Positions 1 to 11,831 of a DNA stretch of 64,000 bases are shown here, piece after piece. Position 1 is the stretch's first letter. Every line of letters begins with the position of its first letter. Where the stretch lies: contig NC_042999.1 in assembly GCF_006345805.1 (NCBI RefSeq), forward strand, positions 3,348,001-3,412,000. Reading direction: 5' to 3'. This DNA is from Octopus sinensis (taxonomy: Eukaryota). Made by a program: the position numbers and the translations under genes. The notes below the pieces were generated by a model. The model did not search any database, was not told the origin of the DNA, and saw only the letters and a program-made list of their open reading frames with translations.

Positions 1-486
1 ATTAAGTACCAGTTACGCACTGGGGTCGATATAATTGACTTAATCCATTTGTCTGTTCTTGTTTGTCCTCTCTATGTTTAGCCCCTTGTGGGTAGTAAAA
101 GAAATAGGTATTTCACCTGTTGCTACGTTCTGAGTTCAAATTCCACCATGGTTGACTTTGCCTTACATCATTTTGGGGGTCAATAAATTAAGTACCAGTC
201 AAGTACTGGGATCGATGTAATCGACTTAATCCCTTTGTCTATCCTTGTTTGTCCTCTCTGTGTTTAACCCCTTGTGGGTAGTAAAGAAATAGGTATTTCG
301 CCTGTCGCTACGTTCTGAGTTCAAATTCCGCCGAGGTCGACTTTGCCTTTCATCCTTTCGGGGTCGATTAAATAAGTACCAGTTATGCACTGGGGTCGAT
401 GTAATCGACTTAATCCGTTTGTCTGTCTTTGTTTGTCCTCTCTGTGTTTAGCCCCCTTTGGGGGTAGTAAAAGAAATAGGTATTTA
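1..486 (+). mobile_element. Tandem array (~2.5 units of ~190 bp) of the body of a tRNA-derived SINE (family B); runs off the window start
   Basis: Repeated unit 'ctacgttctgagttcaaattccgccgaggtcgactttgcctttcatcctttcggggtcga...aagaaataggtattt'; B-box-like gagttcaaattc; same unit recurs at many other loci. Confidence 0.85.
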
Positions 487-879
487 TCGATCCTGAAAGA
501 ATCAAAGACAATGATCACTCCAGTTTGATTTGAACTCAGGCCACAAAGTTCCATAACAAACACTGCTGTGGCATACTTATATTCTCTAACAGCTTTGTCA
601 AACCTCTTTTAATGCGTACACAATCACAATATTTTTCACATACATTTCAATTCCAGGGAAAAAAAAAAAGAACTGAGCAAACTGTAACAAAACATAATTT
701 GGAAAAGCAAACAGCAAAAAAGCCAGAATCAGTATTCAAGAAGTGTTGCTTAGAACATAGGCAGAACGATTAATTCTAATTTCTGTTTCATGAACTTGGA
801 AAGGTAAGTCATCTTTCACCATTTGGGGGCATCTAAAAATATTACCTTCAGATCATTTGTTATTACTAATAAAATATAT

Positions 880-1252
880 GTGGGTACACTTGTGTATGTA
901 TGTGTGTATGTATGTATGTATGTGTGTGTGTATGATGTATGCATGGAAAATGAATATATGTAAGTATGAATGTATGTAAGAAAGTACATGTATACCTATG
1001 TGCATGTATATATGTATATGTATGTTTGTGTGTATATATATATGTATATTTATATATGCATATATATATATACATATATATATATGTATATATATATATA
1101 TGTATGTATATATATATGTATATATATATGTATGTATATATATATGTATGTATATATATATATGTATGTATATATATATCTATATATGTATGTATATATG
1201 TATATATGTATGTATATATATATGTATGTATATATATATATGTATGTGTATA

Positions 1253-1303
<51 letters not shown>

Positions 1304-1437
1304 ACACACATGTATGTACCTTTATTCATGTGCATAGGTATGTATGCATAAGCTTATATATATATATATGTATGTATTTATGTATAAATATGAAAACCAA
1401 CAACAATAGAGAGAGAGAGAAGAGGGAGAGAGAGACA
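880..1437. repeat. Compound (TA)n/(TG)n/(TATG)n and (GA)n microsatellite
   Basis: Directly visible; source of the YI/HT-rich spurious ORFs. Confidence 0.95.
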
Positions 1438-1982
1438 CAGACATCAAAAGTACATTGAAATTCTGCTGTATTATATGTGAATGTGTATTCTCCGGACTCT
1501 GTGTGTGTGTGTGTTTGTACGTCTTCCAAGAAGATATATGAAAGGCGTATAAAGTACAACAAAAATACAAAAGCTAACTTCTTTAATAAAAAAAAACAAA
1601 AAACGAATAATAATTTGAACAGTGAAATTTAGAAAGAGAATATGAATAATGAATTTTAATTTCAAATGTAAAAACATTTACACAAAAATTAGAAAGGAAA
1701 GTTTATGCCTCACAATAGGTCCATAGTCTTGTATTTTTCATGTGAAGTAGAATACAGCATTACTGTGGAGTTAACAAGTTTGCTGTAGCAGCATGTTGCT
1801 CTGAGTTCAGATAAATATTTTGCCAAGCTCTTAAGTATATTGTTTTCTTTGTAACACAATATGTCTATAAAAGGATTGTCCCCAGATGAAAAAATGTAGC
1901 TTTTGGCTTTTCAGCAACACAGATAATGAAGTTATATAAAGACTATTTTATAGAGATGCTTCTACAGCATAATTTATATATA

Positions 1983-2384
1983 GGCGCAGGAGTGGCTGTG
2001 TGGTAAGTAGCTTGCTAACCAACCACATAGTTCCGGGTTCAGTCCCACTGCGTGGCATCTTGGGCAAGCGTCTTCTGCTATAGCCCCAGGCCGATCAATG
2101 CCTTGTGAGTGGATTTGGTAGATGGAAACTGAAAGAAGCCTGTCGTATATATGTATATATATGTGTATGTTTGTGTGTCTGTGTTTGTCCCCCTAGCATT
2201 GCTTGACAACTGATGCTGGTGTGTTTACGTCCCCGTCATTTAGCGGTTCGGCAAAAGAGACTGATAGAATAAGTACTGGGCTTTCAAAGAATAAGTCCCG
2301 GGGTCGATTTGCTCAACTAAAGGCGGTGCTCCAGCATGGCCGCAGTCAAATGACTGAAACAAGTAAAAGAGAGTAAAGAGAGTA
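1983..2384 (+). mobile_element. Full-length tRNA-derived SINE (family A), young copy
   Basis: A box tggctgtgtggt, B box gggttcagtccc, internal (TA/TG)n, tail gactgaaacaagtaaaaga; very similar to 45925-46322 and 19185-19590(-). Confidence 0.9.
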
Positions 2385-2388
2385 TATA

Positions 2389-3248
2389 CGTGGTCTGATC
2401 AATAAGTATTCGCACTGTTACCATAGTAGCAGCGCTAAAGCACACAGAATAAAGCTGCTTGACACAGATTGACCTTAAACACTGCTTACTTCCACTGATT
2501 ACAGCAGTGCTTGGAAGGAAGGTGTGTAGTGTGTGATCATCGCATTGGCAATGACAGAGAAAGTTGAGCAGAGAATCTGCATCAAATTTTGCCAGAAGCT
2601 TGGTGATACCTGCTCAGAGCTCTATGCATAGTTTTGAAAAAGGTTTGATCATTTTCAATACTATCAAAATCTTGTGTACCTGAAACCCGAGTGTCTTTTT
2701 GGTCAGCCAAAAGCAGTTTTGGTACAAACTTGGCAAACATGCATCTCTTACCAAAATTGTCGGTGATAATGGACTGAACTGAACCAAAACTAATCTGCAC
2801 ATCCTCTGATAACTCATGGATAGTAATTTGACAATTTCTCCTCACAGCTGCCCACACATCTGATATGTTTTTCTCAGCTCTGCTGGCTGCTGGTCTCCCA
2901 GAACGTTTGACAATATTGACATTTTTCAGCCATCTTGGGAACATCTGAACCACTCATACACTTGTGTGCAGCTCATAGACTCCTCTCCATACACTTTCTT
3001 AAAACTTTGCGTAGGCCTCTGAGCAGGTATTGCCATGACAGCTTTCTCTGTCATGGTCAACGCAGTGATCACACGCTACACACCTTCCTTCCAAGCACTG
3101 CTGTTAACAGTGGAAGTGAGCTAGAACATTAATACTTAGTGCACATGCATAACAGGATTCAAGGTCAATCTTTACCAAGCGGCTTTATCCTGCGTGCTTT
3201 AGCTTCATTACTATGGCAACAGTCCGGATACTTATTGATCAGACTTCG
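2389..3248. mobile_element. Defective mariner element built from two left ends, with N-terminal transposase remnants on both strands
   Basis: TA-flanked imperfect TIRs (cgtggtctgatcaataagtat / cgaagtctgatcaataagtat); + strand MTEKVEQRICIKFCQKLG; - strand ORF 2582-2953 with RSGRP and AKFVPKLL mariner motifs. Confidence 0.85.
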
Positions 3249-3257
3249 TACACATAT

Positions 3258-3900
3258 AGGTGCAGGTGTGGTTGTGTGGTAAGTTTGCCTCCTAGCCCCA
3301 TTATTCAGGGTTCAGTCTCACGATGTGGTACCTTGAGCCATGGGACAACCAAAGCCTTGTGAGTGAATTTGGTAGGCAGAAACTGATAGAAAAAGCAGCA
3401 AGCTGGCAGGAACGTTAGCATGCCGAGCAAAAGGCTTAGTAGTAGCTCATCTGCCGCTATGTTCTGAGTTCAAATTCTGCCGAGGTCAACTTTGCCTTTC
3501 ATCCTTTCTGGGTCGATAAATTAAGTACCAGTTGCACACTGGAGTCAATGTAATCAAATTTATCCTTTTGTCTGTCCTTGTTTGTCCCCTCTATGTTTAG
3601 CACCTTGTGGGCAATAAAGAAATAAGAAATTGAAAGAAACCCATCATATATATATATATATATGTGTCTATAAGTGTGTATTTTTGTGCATGTGTGTGTA
3701 TTTGTCCCCCAATCCACCACAACCACTTGACAATCAGCTTTGTGTGTTTCTGTCCCCATAACTTAGCAGCTCAGCAACGGAGACCGGTATAATAAGGACC
3801 AGACTTTAAAGAATAAGGGTTGTTTCATTCAACTAAAGATTTTTCAAGGCAGTGTCACAGCATGGCCAGTCTAGCAACTGAAACACGTGAAATATAAAAG
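3258..3900 (+). mobile_element. Degenerate family-A SINE with a nested family-B SINE (~3393-3627)
   Basis: A head and A tail separated by a B copy; imperfect duplication agaaactgatagaaa / agaaattgaaagaaa at the junctions. Confidence 0.7.
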
Positions 3901-4229
3901 ATATCAGATAACAGATTGACTGTGCCCCATATGCTATTTAATGTGTCATGGACATGGTAAAAGACACGACCACCTCCTTGGAACATTCAGAAACACATTG
4001 CAGAAAGAACAAATATGGTTTCTGTCTTACAGACAGAACTTAACTTCCTTCCACAACCATTGGTCAGTTCAAGACATTTTCTCATCTATTTGTGATAACA
4101 GGCCTAAAAATATTTCTTTTGCAATCCAAAGAAACTTGGTTGCTTTTACTTTGGAAACGAAGGCTTTTTGTTCTTTTTGTTGTTGCTGTTGGTTTCCATA
4201 AGTATTTTCTTTGTTTTTCACTTAATATT

Positions 4230-4655
4230 CCTCTTGAGCATTGGGCCTTACAGAGGCAAAGTAACCGAGTTCCTTTGAAGCATTGGGCCTCACGGAGGCA
4301 AAGTAGCCAAATTCCTTTCATGTGTTGGGCCTCACAGAGGCAATGACTGAGACCTTTGGCATTATGTCATGCTTGAGAAGAAGACCCATCAAGCCAAGCA
4401 GAATTGCAGACATGGCAGATACCAGTGTCACAGAAATTAGCACCCATGCTGGTGGCATGTAAACGCACCCCAGTGTTGTGGAACATAAAAGCACCCATTA
4501 TACTCTTGGATTGGTTGGCATTAGGAAGGGCATCCAGCTGTAGAAAACCATGCCAAATAAGCCTTGAGTCTAGTGCAGCCTTCCAGCTTCCCAGTGCTGG
4601 TCAAGCTGTTCAATCCATGCCAGCATGGACAAGAGGCGTTAAATGATGATGAAGA
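4230..4655 (+). mobile_element. 5'-truncated RTE LINE 3' end (ORF tail plus 3'UTR, (GAT)n tail)
   Basis: ORF-end remnant similar to the C-terminus of the 5.3-9.1 kb LINE, then ggaagggcatccagctgtagaaa and gttaaatgatgatg. Confidence 0.75.
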
Positions 4656-5254
4656 TGATTTGTAGATTTTCTGGTCATCCAGTTTGTTTTACGGAGAAAT
4701 ATAGAAGCTAGGCTTTCTAAAGCTGTCTTGGGGTGCCTTTGACTTAGTATGGCAAACTGGATATCAAAATGATGATGGTGATGATGATGAAGAGTTGATG
4801 ATGCCAACAATGATGATGGGATGACAAGGACAATGATGATGATGATAACAACTGTAAATCACAATTTTAAAACTCAATTTAAACAGAAAAGTGAAATAAG
4901 CATTAGGTAAGAATATGAATATTTAAATGATATTTATAGAGATGTGAGTGAGTGTGTGTGTGTAATTTGTTATTGATATGCTTGAGCAGGTCTTTGTGTG
5001 TGTGTGTGTATGAGGGAAGAGAGGGAGAGAGGGACACTACATGTCAAATTCAATTGTTGCTCAATTTTCTGTTCATGTTTGTTTCTTTTGTTTGTTATTA
5101 GGAATAGATTAAACATGTTTAAACATGCATACGAGCATCAGGTCATGTTCATGCACACCTCACACCTATAAGTGCATGTGTGTATATATATATATATATA
5201 TATGTGTGTATGTATATATATATATATATATGTATATGTGTATATATATATATA

Positions 5255-5288
<34 letters not shown>

Positions 5289-5490
5289 CATACACACACA
5301 TACACATACTTATCATCATCATCATCATCATCATCGTTTAACGTCCGCTTTCCATGCTAGCATGGGTTGGACGGTTCAACTGGGGTCTGGGAAGCCCGAA
5401 GGCTGCACCAGGCCAGTCAGATGTGGCAGTGTTTCTACAGCTGGATGCCCTTCCTAACGCCAACCACTCCGAGAGTGTAGTGGGTGATTT

Positions 5491-5806
5491 TATGTGCCAC
5501 CGACACAGGTGCCAGACGAGGCTGGCAGACGGCCACGCTCGGATGGTGTTTTTTATGTGCCACCGACACAGGTGCCAGACGAGGCTGGCAGACGGCCACG
5601 CTCGGATGGTGTTTTTTATGTGCCACCGACACAGGTGCCAGACGAGGCTGGCAGACGGCCACGCTCGGATGGTGTTTTTTATGTGCCACCGACACAGGTG
5701 CCAGACGAGGCTGGCAGACGGCCACGCTCGGATGGTGTTTTCTTATGTGTCACCGACACAGGTGCTAGACGAGGCTGGCGGACGGCCACGCTCGGATGGT
5801 GTTTGT
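5491..5806 (-). repeat. Five tandem 63-bp units within the LINE 3'UTR
   Basis: Unit start tatgtgccac recurs at 5491, 5554, 5617, 5680 and ~5744; first four look identical. Confidence 0.95.
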
Positions 5807-6064
5807 TACGTGCCCTCAGCACGGAGGCCAGTCATTGCGGTACTGGCTACGGTCACGTTCGGATGGTTTTCTTATGTGCCACCGGCACTGGTACCACAAG
5901 GATACAAATTCCATTGATGTTCATCTATTTTGATTTGGTTCGATTTGATTTGATACGATTCGATTCTCACTTGCCTCAACAGGTCTTCACAAGTGTCACA
6001 AGAAGGAAGGTATGCACAGGTGGACTGACTACGTCCCAGGTAGGGGCCACGGATTATGGCTTCA

Positions 6065-9000
6065 CTAGTCTTGCCGGGTCTTCTCACGCACAGCATACTT
6101 CCATAGGTCTCGGTCTCTAGTCATTTCCATGGTGAGACCTAACGTCCGAAGGTCGTGCTTCACCACCTCGTCCCAGGTTTTCCTGGGTCTACCTCTTCCA
6201 CGGGTTCCCTCAACTGCTAGGGATTGGCACTTTCTCACACACCTCTCTTCATCCATTCTCGCCACATGACCATACCAGCGCAATCGTCTCTCTTGCACAC
6301 AGCAACTGATGCTTCTTAGGTACAACATTTCTCTCAAGGTACTAACGCTCTGTCGAGTAAGTACACTGACATTACACATCCATCGGAGCATACTGGCTTC
6401 GTTCCTCACGAGCTTACGCATGTCCTCAGCAGTCACGGCCCATGTTTCACTGCCATGTAGCATAGCTGTTCGTACACATGCATCATACAGTCTGCCTTTT
6501 ACTCTGAGCGAGAGGCCTTTAGTCACCAGCAGAGGTAAGAGCTCCCTAAACTTTGCCCAGGCTATTCTTATTCTAGCAGTTACACTTTCAGCGCACCCAC
6601 CCCCACTACTGACTTGGTCACCTAGATAGCGGAAACTATCAACTACTTCTAGTTTTTCCCCCGGAAAGTGACAGAAGTTGTTTTCTGCAGATTTTCGGAG
6701 GTCAGTGCTCCAGAGCACCTGCCACATACAAAAACTATCTTCCCAGTTAGCCTACCTTTGACATTGCTGCACCTCTTATGTGTCCATAGCTTACACTGGG
6801 TACATCTTATAGAGTTTCTACCTACACCTTTTCTACAGATCGAACAGGGCCATCTTCCTGATGATATTTGTGGGTTTTCTACCTTTCTACTTATTAGTAC
6901 TTTGGTTTTAGCTAGGTTGACTCTAAGGCCCCTCGATTCTAAACCCTCCTTCCACACCTGGAACTTCTCCTCCAGTTCTGATAGTGACTCAGCGATTAGA
7001 GCGAGGTCGTCAGCATAGAGGAGCTCCCAGGGGCAACCGGTCTTGAATTCCTCCGTTATTGCCTGGAGGACTATGATAAATAGGAGGGGGCTGAGTACTG
7101 AACCCTGGTGGACCCCAACCTCTACTTTGAATTCTTCTGTGTACATGTTGCCAACTCTAACCTTACTTACGGCATCTCTGTACATGGCTTGCACAGCCCT
7201 CACCAGCCATTCATCTATCCCTAGTTCCTCATTGACCACCAGATGAGGGATCGGGGGACCCTATCAAAGGCTTTCTCCATGTCAACAAAAGCCAGGTACA
7301 GGGGCTTATCCTTGGCTAGGTATTTCTCCTGCAGCTGCCTTACCAGGAATATAGCATCAGTGGTGCTTTTCCCTGGGACAAACCCAAACTGCATCTCATC
7401 TAAACTAACTCTCTCTCTAATTAGTTGGGCTAAGACCCTCTCCGTAACCTTCATTACCTGATCCAACAGCTTGATACCTCTGTAATTATTTGTATCCAGG
7501 GCATCACCTTTACCTTTGTAGCAGTTGACTAGTATGCTGCTACACCAGTCATTGGGTATGACTCCTTCGTGTATCACCTGGTTGACTATACGGGTGACTA
7601 GGTTATAGCCGACACTGCCAGATATTTTGAGCATCTCTGCAGTAATTCCTGATGGGCCTGGGGCTTTCCCTGTCTTCATGCTCCTAACTGCCTTAGCTAC
7701 TACGGAACTATCAACTCGGATAGCTGGTCCCTCTGTTGGGTCAACATTTGGCAGACTCTCTTTATCCCATTCATTTTCTTATTCAGCAAACTTTCATAGT
7801 GGCATCTCCAAACCTCTCTCTTTGCATCCTCATTTAGCGCAAGTGAACCATCATCCATGCGAACACACTTCTCTCCTACCACATCACGATTCTCTCTCAC
7901 ACACTGTCTTGCAACACGAAATACCTCAAGTCTTTCATCCTCACGGCTCAGAACATTGGCAAATTTTTTCTTATCCGCTTCCCCTCTGGCTATATAAACC
8001 TGTCTCCTAGCTTCCCTTTTGGCTGTCTGATACAATTCCCTGCTACCACCGTTCTTCCAGTCCTTCCAAGCCTGTCTCTTTTGTCTAATAGCCCCGTCAA
8101 CCACCGTGTTCCACCACCATGTTACTCTGGGTCGAGATGGTACTTTGCTCCATCCACAGATCTGGTCAGTGGCTGTCAGCAGATTGTCCCGTAGGAATCT
8201 CCAGTTGTCTTCCACATTAAGTGAAGCTATATCCCCTTCTATTTCGTCAGAGGCTTCGAGTAGTATGTCTCTAAATCTCTGTGCATTTGCAGGATCTTTA
8301 AGCTTCCAGACCCTTCTCCTCCAAGCTGGTCTTCTTCTGGGCGACCATTTAGCTCTGATCCTGAAGTCGCTAACTACTAATCTATGTTGGGGAGTACATT
8401 CTTCGCCTGGGAAGGTTTTGGCATTTATAATCAGCCCTCTTTCCCTTTTTCTGGCAAGGATGTAGTCAATCTGGCTGGTGTGTCTGCCAGAACGGTAGGT
8501 GACTAGGTGAGAGGTGGGTTTCCTGAAGTGGGTATTGCAGACCATAAGGTCATTTGCATCGCAGAACTCCAGCAGCCTGGTTCCCTCCTCATTTCGAGAG
8601 CCAAAACCGTGGCCTCCATGGATGCCATGGAAGCCCCTGACATGTCGTCCAACATGTCCATTGAAATCACCTGCCACGAAGAGAAGGTCACTGTCATTTG
8701 TCAATGAGGTAGTCCGCAATAGGGTGTCATAGAATTGGTCTTTTTGTCCTTCCGGTAGCCCTGGTTGAGGGGCATATGCCGAGATGATGGTAGCTGTCCT
8801 ATGGTGAAGAACTAATCTAATTTTAATTACTCTGTCACTTATTCTGACTACCTCGATTACCTTACCTATCCATTTCTCCGCGAGAAGTATACCCACGCCC
8901 CCGACACCGTCAATGTTCCCTGCCCAGAAAATCTTGTACCTGTGTTCCTTGCCCGTGAGGAGCCTAGCAGAACCTCCTCTCCACCTTACTTCCTGGATAC

Positions 9001-9069
9001 AGCATACATCCACACGTCTCCGTTCAAGCAGCTCTACAATCTCTCCAGACCTACCTTTCAATGTGCCAA
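6065..9069 (-). pseudogene. RTE ORF (AP endonuclease, reverse transcriptase, PHD-like finger), broken by three frameshifts near 7790, 7225 and 6660
   Basis: IGTLKGR, CIQEVRW, GDFNGHVG, QIDYIL, QHRLVV (APE); KAPGPSG, NYRGIKLL, QFGF, HQGSVLSP, YADD, FRYLGD (RT); RLRWYGHV and GRPRKTW C-terminus. Confidence 0.95.
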
Positions 9070-9089
9070 TACACACACACATATACATA

Positions 9090-9128
<39 letters not shown>

Positions 9129-9189
9129 TATATCAGACACTCACACACACATACAAAAATATGCATATTTGTAAGTGTGTGTGTGTGTG

Positions 9190-9382
9190 TACCGTTGGTG
9201 ATTTTTTTCCTCCGTCTTCCCTTCGTTGGATCTTTACTTTTCCTATGTTTCTGATGAAGAGCTCCGCTTGAAACGTTAAATCCTCCTTTCTTTCCTTTCC
9301 TGAGCATCCAATAATACTATATTTGTTCCACGTCCTCATGTTGTTGTGCTTTCTCTTTGTATTTTCATGTTTAGATTAACTA
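9190..9382 (+). mobile_element. Penelope-like pLTR fragment with a minimal hammerhead motif (9245-9281)
   Basis: ctgatga-a-gagc-tcc-gctt-gaaacgtt-aaa; architecture matches minimal type I HHRs of Penelope-like elements. Confidence 0.55.
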
Positions 9383-9384
9383 CG

Positions 9385-9733
9385 CCGTAGCCAGCACCGC
9401 ATTGACTGGCCTCTGTGCTGGTGGCACGTAACAAACACCATCTGATCGTGGCCGTTGCCAGCCTCGCCTGGCCTCCGTGCTGGTGGCATGTAAAAAGCAC
9501 CATCCGAGCATGGCCGTTCGCCAGCCTCGTCTGGCAACTGTGTCGGTGGCACATAAAAAGCACCCACTACACTCACGGGGTGGTTGGCGTTAGGAAGGGC
9601 ATCCAGCTGCAGAAACACTGCCAGATCAGACTGGAGCCCGGTGCAGCCTTCTGGCTTCCCAGACCCCAGTTGAACCGTCCAGCCCATGCTTGCATGGAAA
9701 ATGGACGTTAAACGATGATGATGATGACGATGA
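9385..9733 (+). mobile_element. RTE 3'UTR-only copy (family C)
   Basis: Matches reverse complement of 5314-5900; (GAT)n tail. Other copies at about 10585-10920(-), 13260-13430(-), 15815-16070(-), 17487-17640(-), 20415-20755(-), 27520-27920, 32135-32480(-), 42425-42865, 43482-43852, 45200-45495(-), 55380-55900 and 57193-57458. Confidence 0.9.
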
Positions 9734-11831
9734 TACACACAATGGGCTTCTTTCAGTTTCCATCTACCAAATCCACTCACAAGGCTTTGGTCGGCCCGAG
9801 GCTATAGTAGAAGACACTTGCCCAAGGTGCCACACAGTGGGACTGAACCCAGAACCATATGGCTGGTAAGCAAGCTACTTGCCACAGACCCACTGCTGCA
9901 TCCGCCCACACACAAATACATTCAACAAGTTAAGTTTGTTTGCAGCTTTGAATGGAAACTACTGCAAAGCAAACAAAATCGTTAATGATTTAATCTTTTT
10001 ATTCTTATTTAATTTAAGACTACTTTTATTCATCGTTCCATTCATTATTCAGTAAATATTAATTCTCCATTCTTCTAAAACACATTTACTCTATTCATTA
10101 TGTAGGAAACTGGTAAATGAAAATTTTGGTGCAGATTCTTTGAGGAAATAATTCTTTGTGAAAGAAAATGAATGATGACATTGTTTTGTTTTCAAGTATT
10201 TCATAGTTTCAAGCTGTTTAGAATTTTACATTAAGTACCGACATGTCTGCTAATGGAATATGCATGTGCCGAATTGGAATATTGCAGAAGGTAATGTAGT
10301 ATTTTTCTTCCAAGATCATTTAGATTCTATAACTCAGTCTTCTGCAGAACATAATTCTTTGTTTTGTTTTTTTTTTGTTTTGTTTTTGTACACTTCATTT
10401 TTTTTATATTTGTTATTTATTTTATGTTTTATTTTGTTTGTTGGTTATGGTTATACTCCTTCTCATAGAAGTAGAGTATCCATGTATGCTTCAGGTGGAA
10501 CATGGAAATAGTTTTGTAATGTTATATTAGAAAATATATCTGAGGTAGCAGCAAGCTGGCAGAATCAGTAGAGCATCCGACTGAATCAACATCATCATCA
10601 TCGTTTAACGTCCGCTTTCCATGCTAGCATGGGTTGGACGATTTTGACTGAGAACCGGCGAACCAGATGGCTGCACCAGGCTTCAATCTTGATCTGGCAG
10701 AGTTTCTACAGCTGGATGCCCTTCCAAACGCCAACCACTCTGAGAGTGTAGTGGGTGCTTTTACATGCCACCAGCACGAGGGCCAGTCAGGCAGTACTGG
10801 CAACAACCTCGCTCGAATCTTTTACACATGCCACCGGTGCGGGCGCCAGTAAGGCGATGCTGGTACCAATCTTGCTCAAATGGTGTTTTTTACGTGCCAC
10901 CTGCATGGAGGCCAGATAGCCGCTCTGGTATTGTCTTGTATTATTTGTTTGGCTCTCTGCACTTTGAGTTCAAATCAAACTCTGGTCAACATTGTCATCC
11001 ATCCTTTTGCAGGTCAATAAAATAAAATTTAAAAACTCAGGCTGTATTGGTAAAGCATCAGATAAGATGTGTCATGTCTGGTCTTGTTTTTCAGATTTTG
11101 TGCTCAAATTCTGCATCCTGTCCTCGATATGGCAAAGAATTGACAAATTTGTTAGAATGTTGGATAAAAGGTTTTGCAGTATTTGTTCCAACATTTTCGT
11201 CTGTCTTTACATTCTGAGTTCAAATTCCACCGGGATCAAGAAATTTATTACCAGTTGTGTACTGGGAGCAATCTAATTTTGGGCCTTGTGCGTAGAGTAG
11301 AAAAGAATATTTGTGTATCCAAAAAGGTGGTGAGCTGGCAGAAATGTTAGCATGCTGGGTGAAATGCTTAGCAATATTTCGTCTGTCTTTACATTCTGAG
11401 TTTAAATTCCGATGAGGTTGACTTTGCCTTTTGTACCAGTTGTGTACTGGGGTTGATCTAATTGACTGCCCCTCTTCCCAAAATCTCAAGCCTTGTGCCT
11501 AGAGTAAAATAGAATATTTACATCTCTCTTTGGGCCTCCAATATTATAAGTGTGTAATATGAACAGAATATACATATAATGCTTATTTAAACAGAATGTT
11601 TATGTAAAATACATAGAAACAAAATAGACAGACAATGGATAAAATAATAGAACACAACTTTTTATTTAACTATATTTTCCATTGATTGTTTAACAAATTC
11701 AAAACTGTTCTAGTTTGTATATATGTAGTCATATGCATTATATATGGCTTGTATTTCATGAAATGGCCTTCTGGTGTTTGAGGAAGGAGAGATGTGTAGA
11801 TATTTACATTTCTGTAAGTTAAAATACATGA

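Larger units (their letters stand above)
5314..9069 (-). mobile_element. RTE-clade LINE, 5'-truncated just inside the endonuclease N-terminus, inserted in a microsatellite
   Basis: APE endonuclease plus RT; ~740-bp 3'UTR ending (GAT)n; imperfect TSD tacacacacatacacatacttat (5291-5313) / tacacacacacatatacatacttat (9070-9094). Confidence 0.95.

Noticed and set aside
657-803. 147-nt segment with good acceptor and GTAAGT donor
   Set aside because: Stops in all three frames; only a non-coding exon is possible, and there is no support for that.
866-1458. Long YI/HT/CV-rich ORFs (also at ~5.1, 28.3, 36.4, 46.8, 54.7 and 56.3 kb)
   Set aside because: Translations of dinucleotide microsatellites, open in several frames.
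1983-2060. tRNA genes at SINE heads (many loci)
   Set aside because: A/B boxes run into SINE bodies and do not form full cloverleaves.
5354-6120. Repetitive ORFs and a CRISPR-like appearance
   Set aside because: Contiguous 63-bp tandem units with no unique spacers, in a LINE 3'UTR; 63 bp keeps frames open trivially.
7700-9307. 535-aa ORF as an intact protein with a novel N-terminus
   Set aside because: The N-terminal ~80 aa is read-through from microsatellite and flanking DNA beyond the TSD; the LINE part starts at IGTLKGR.
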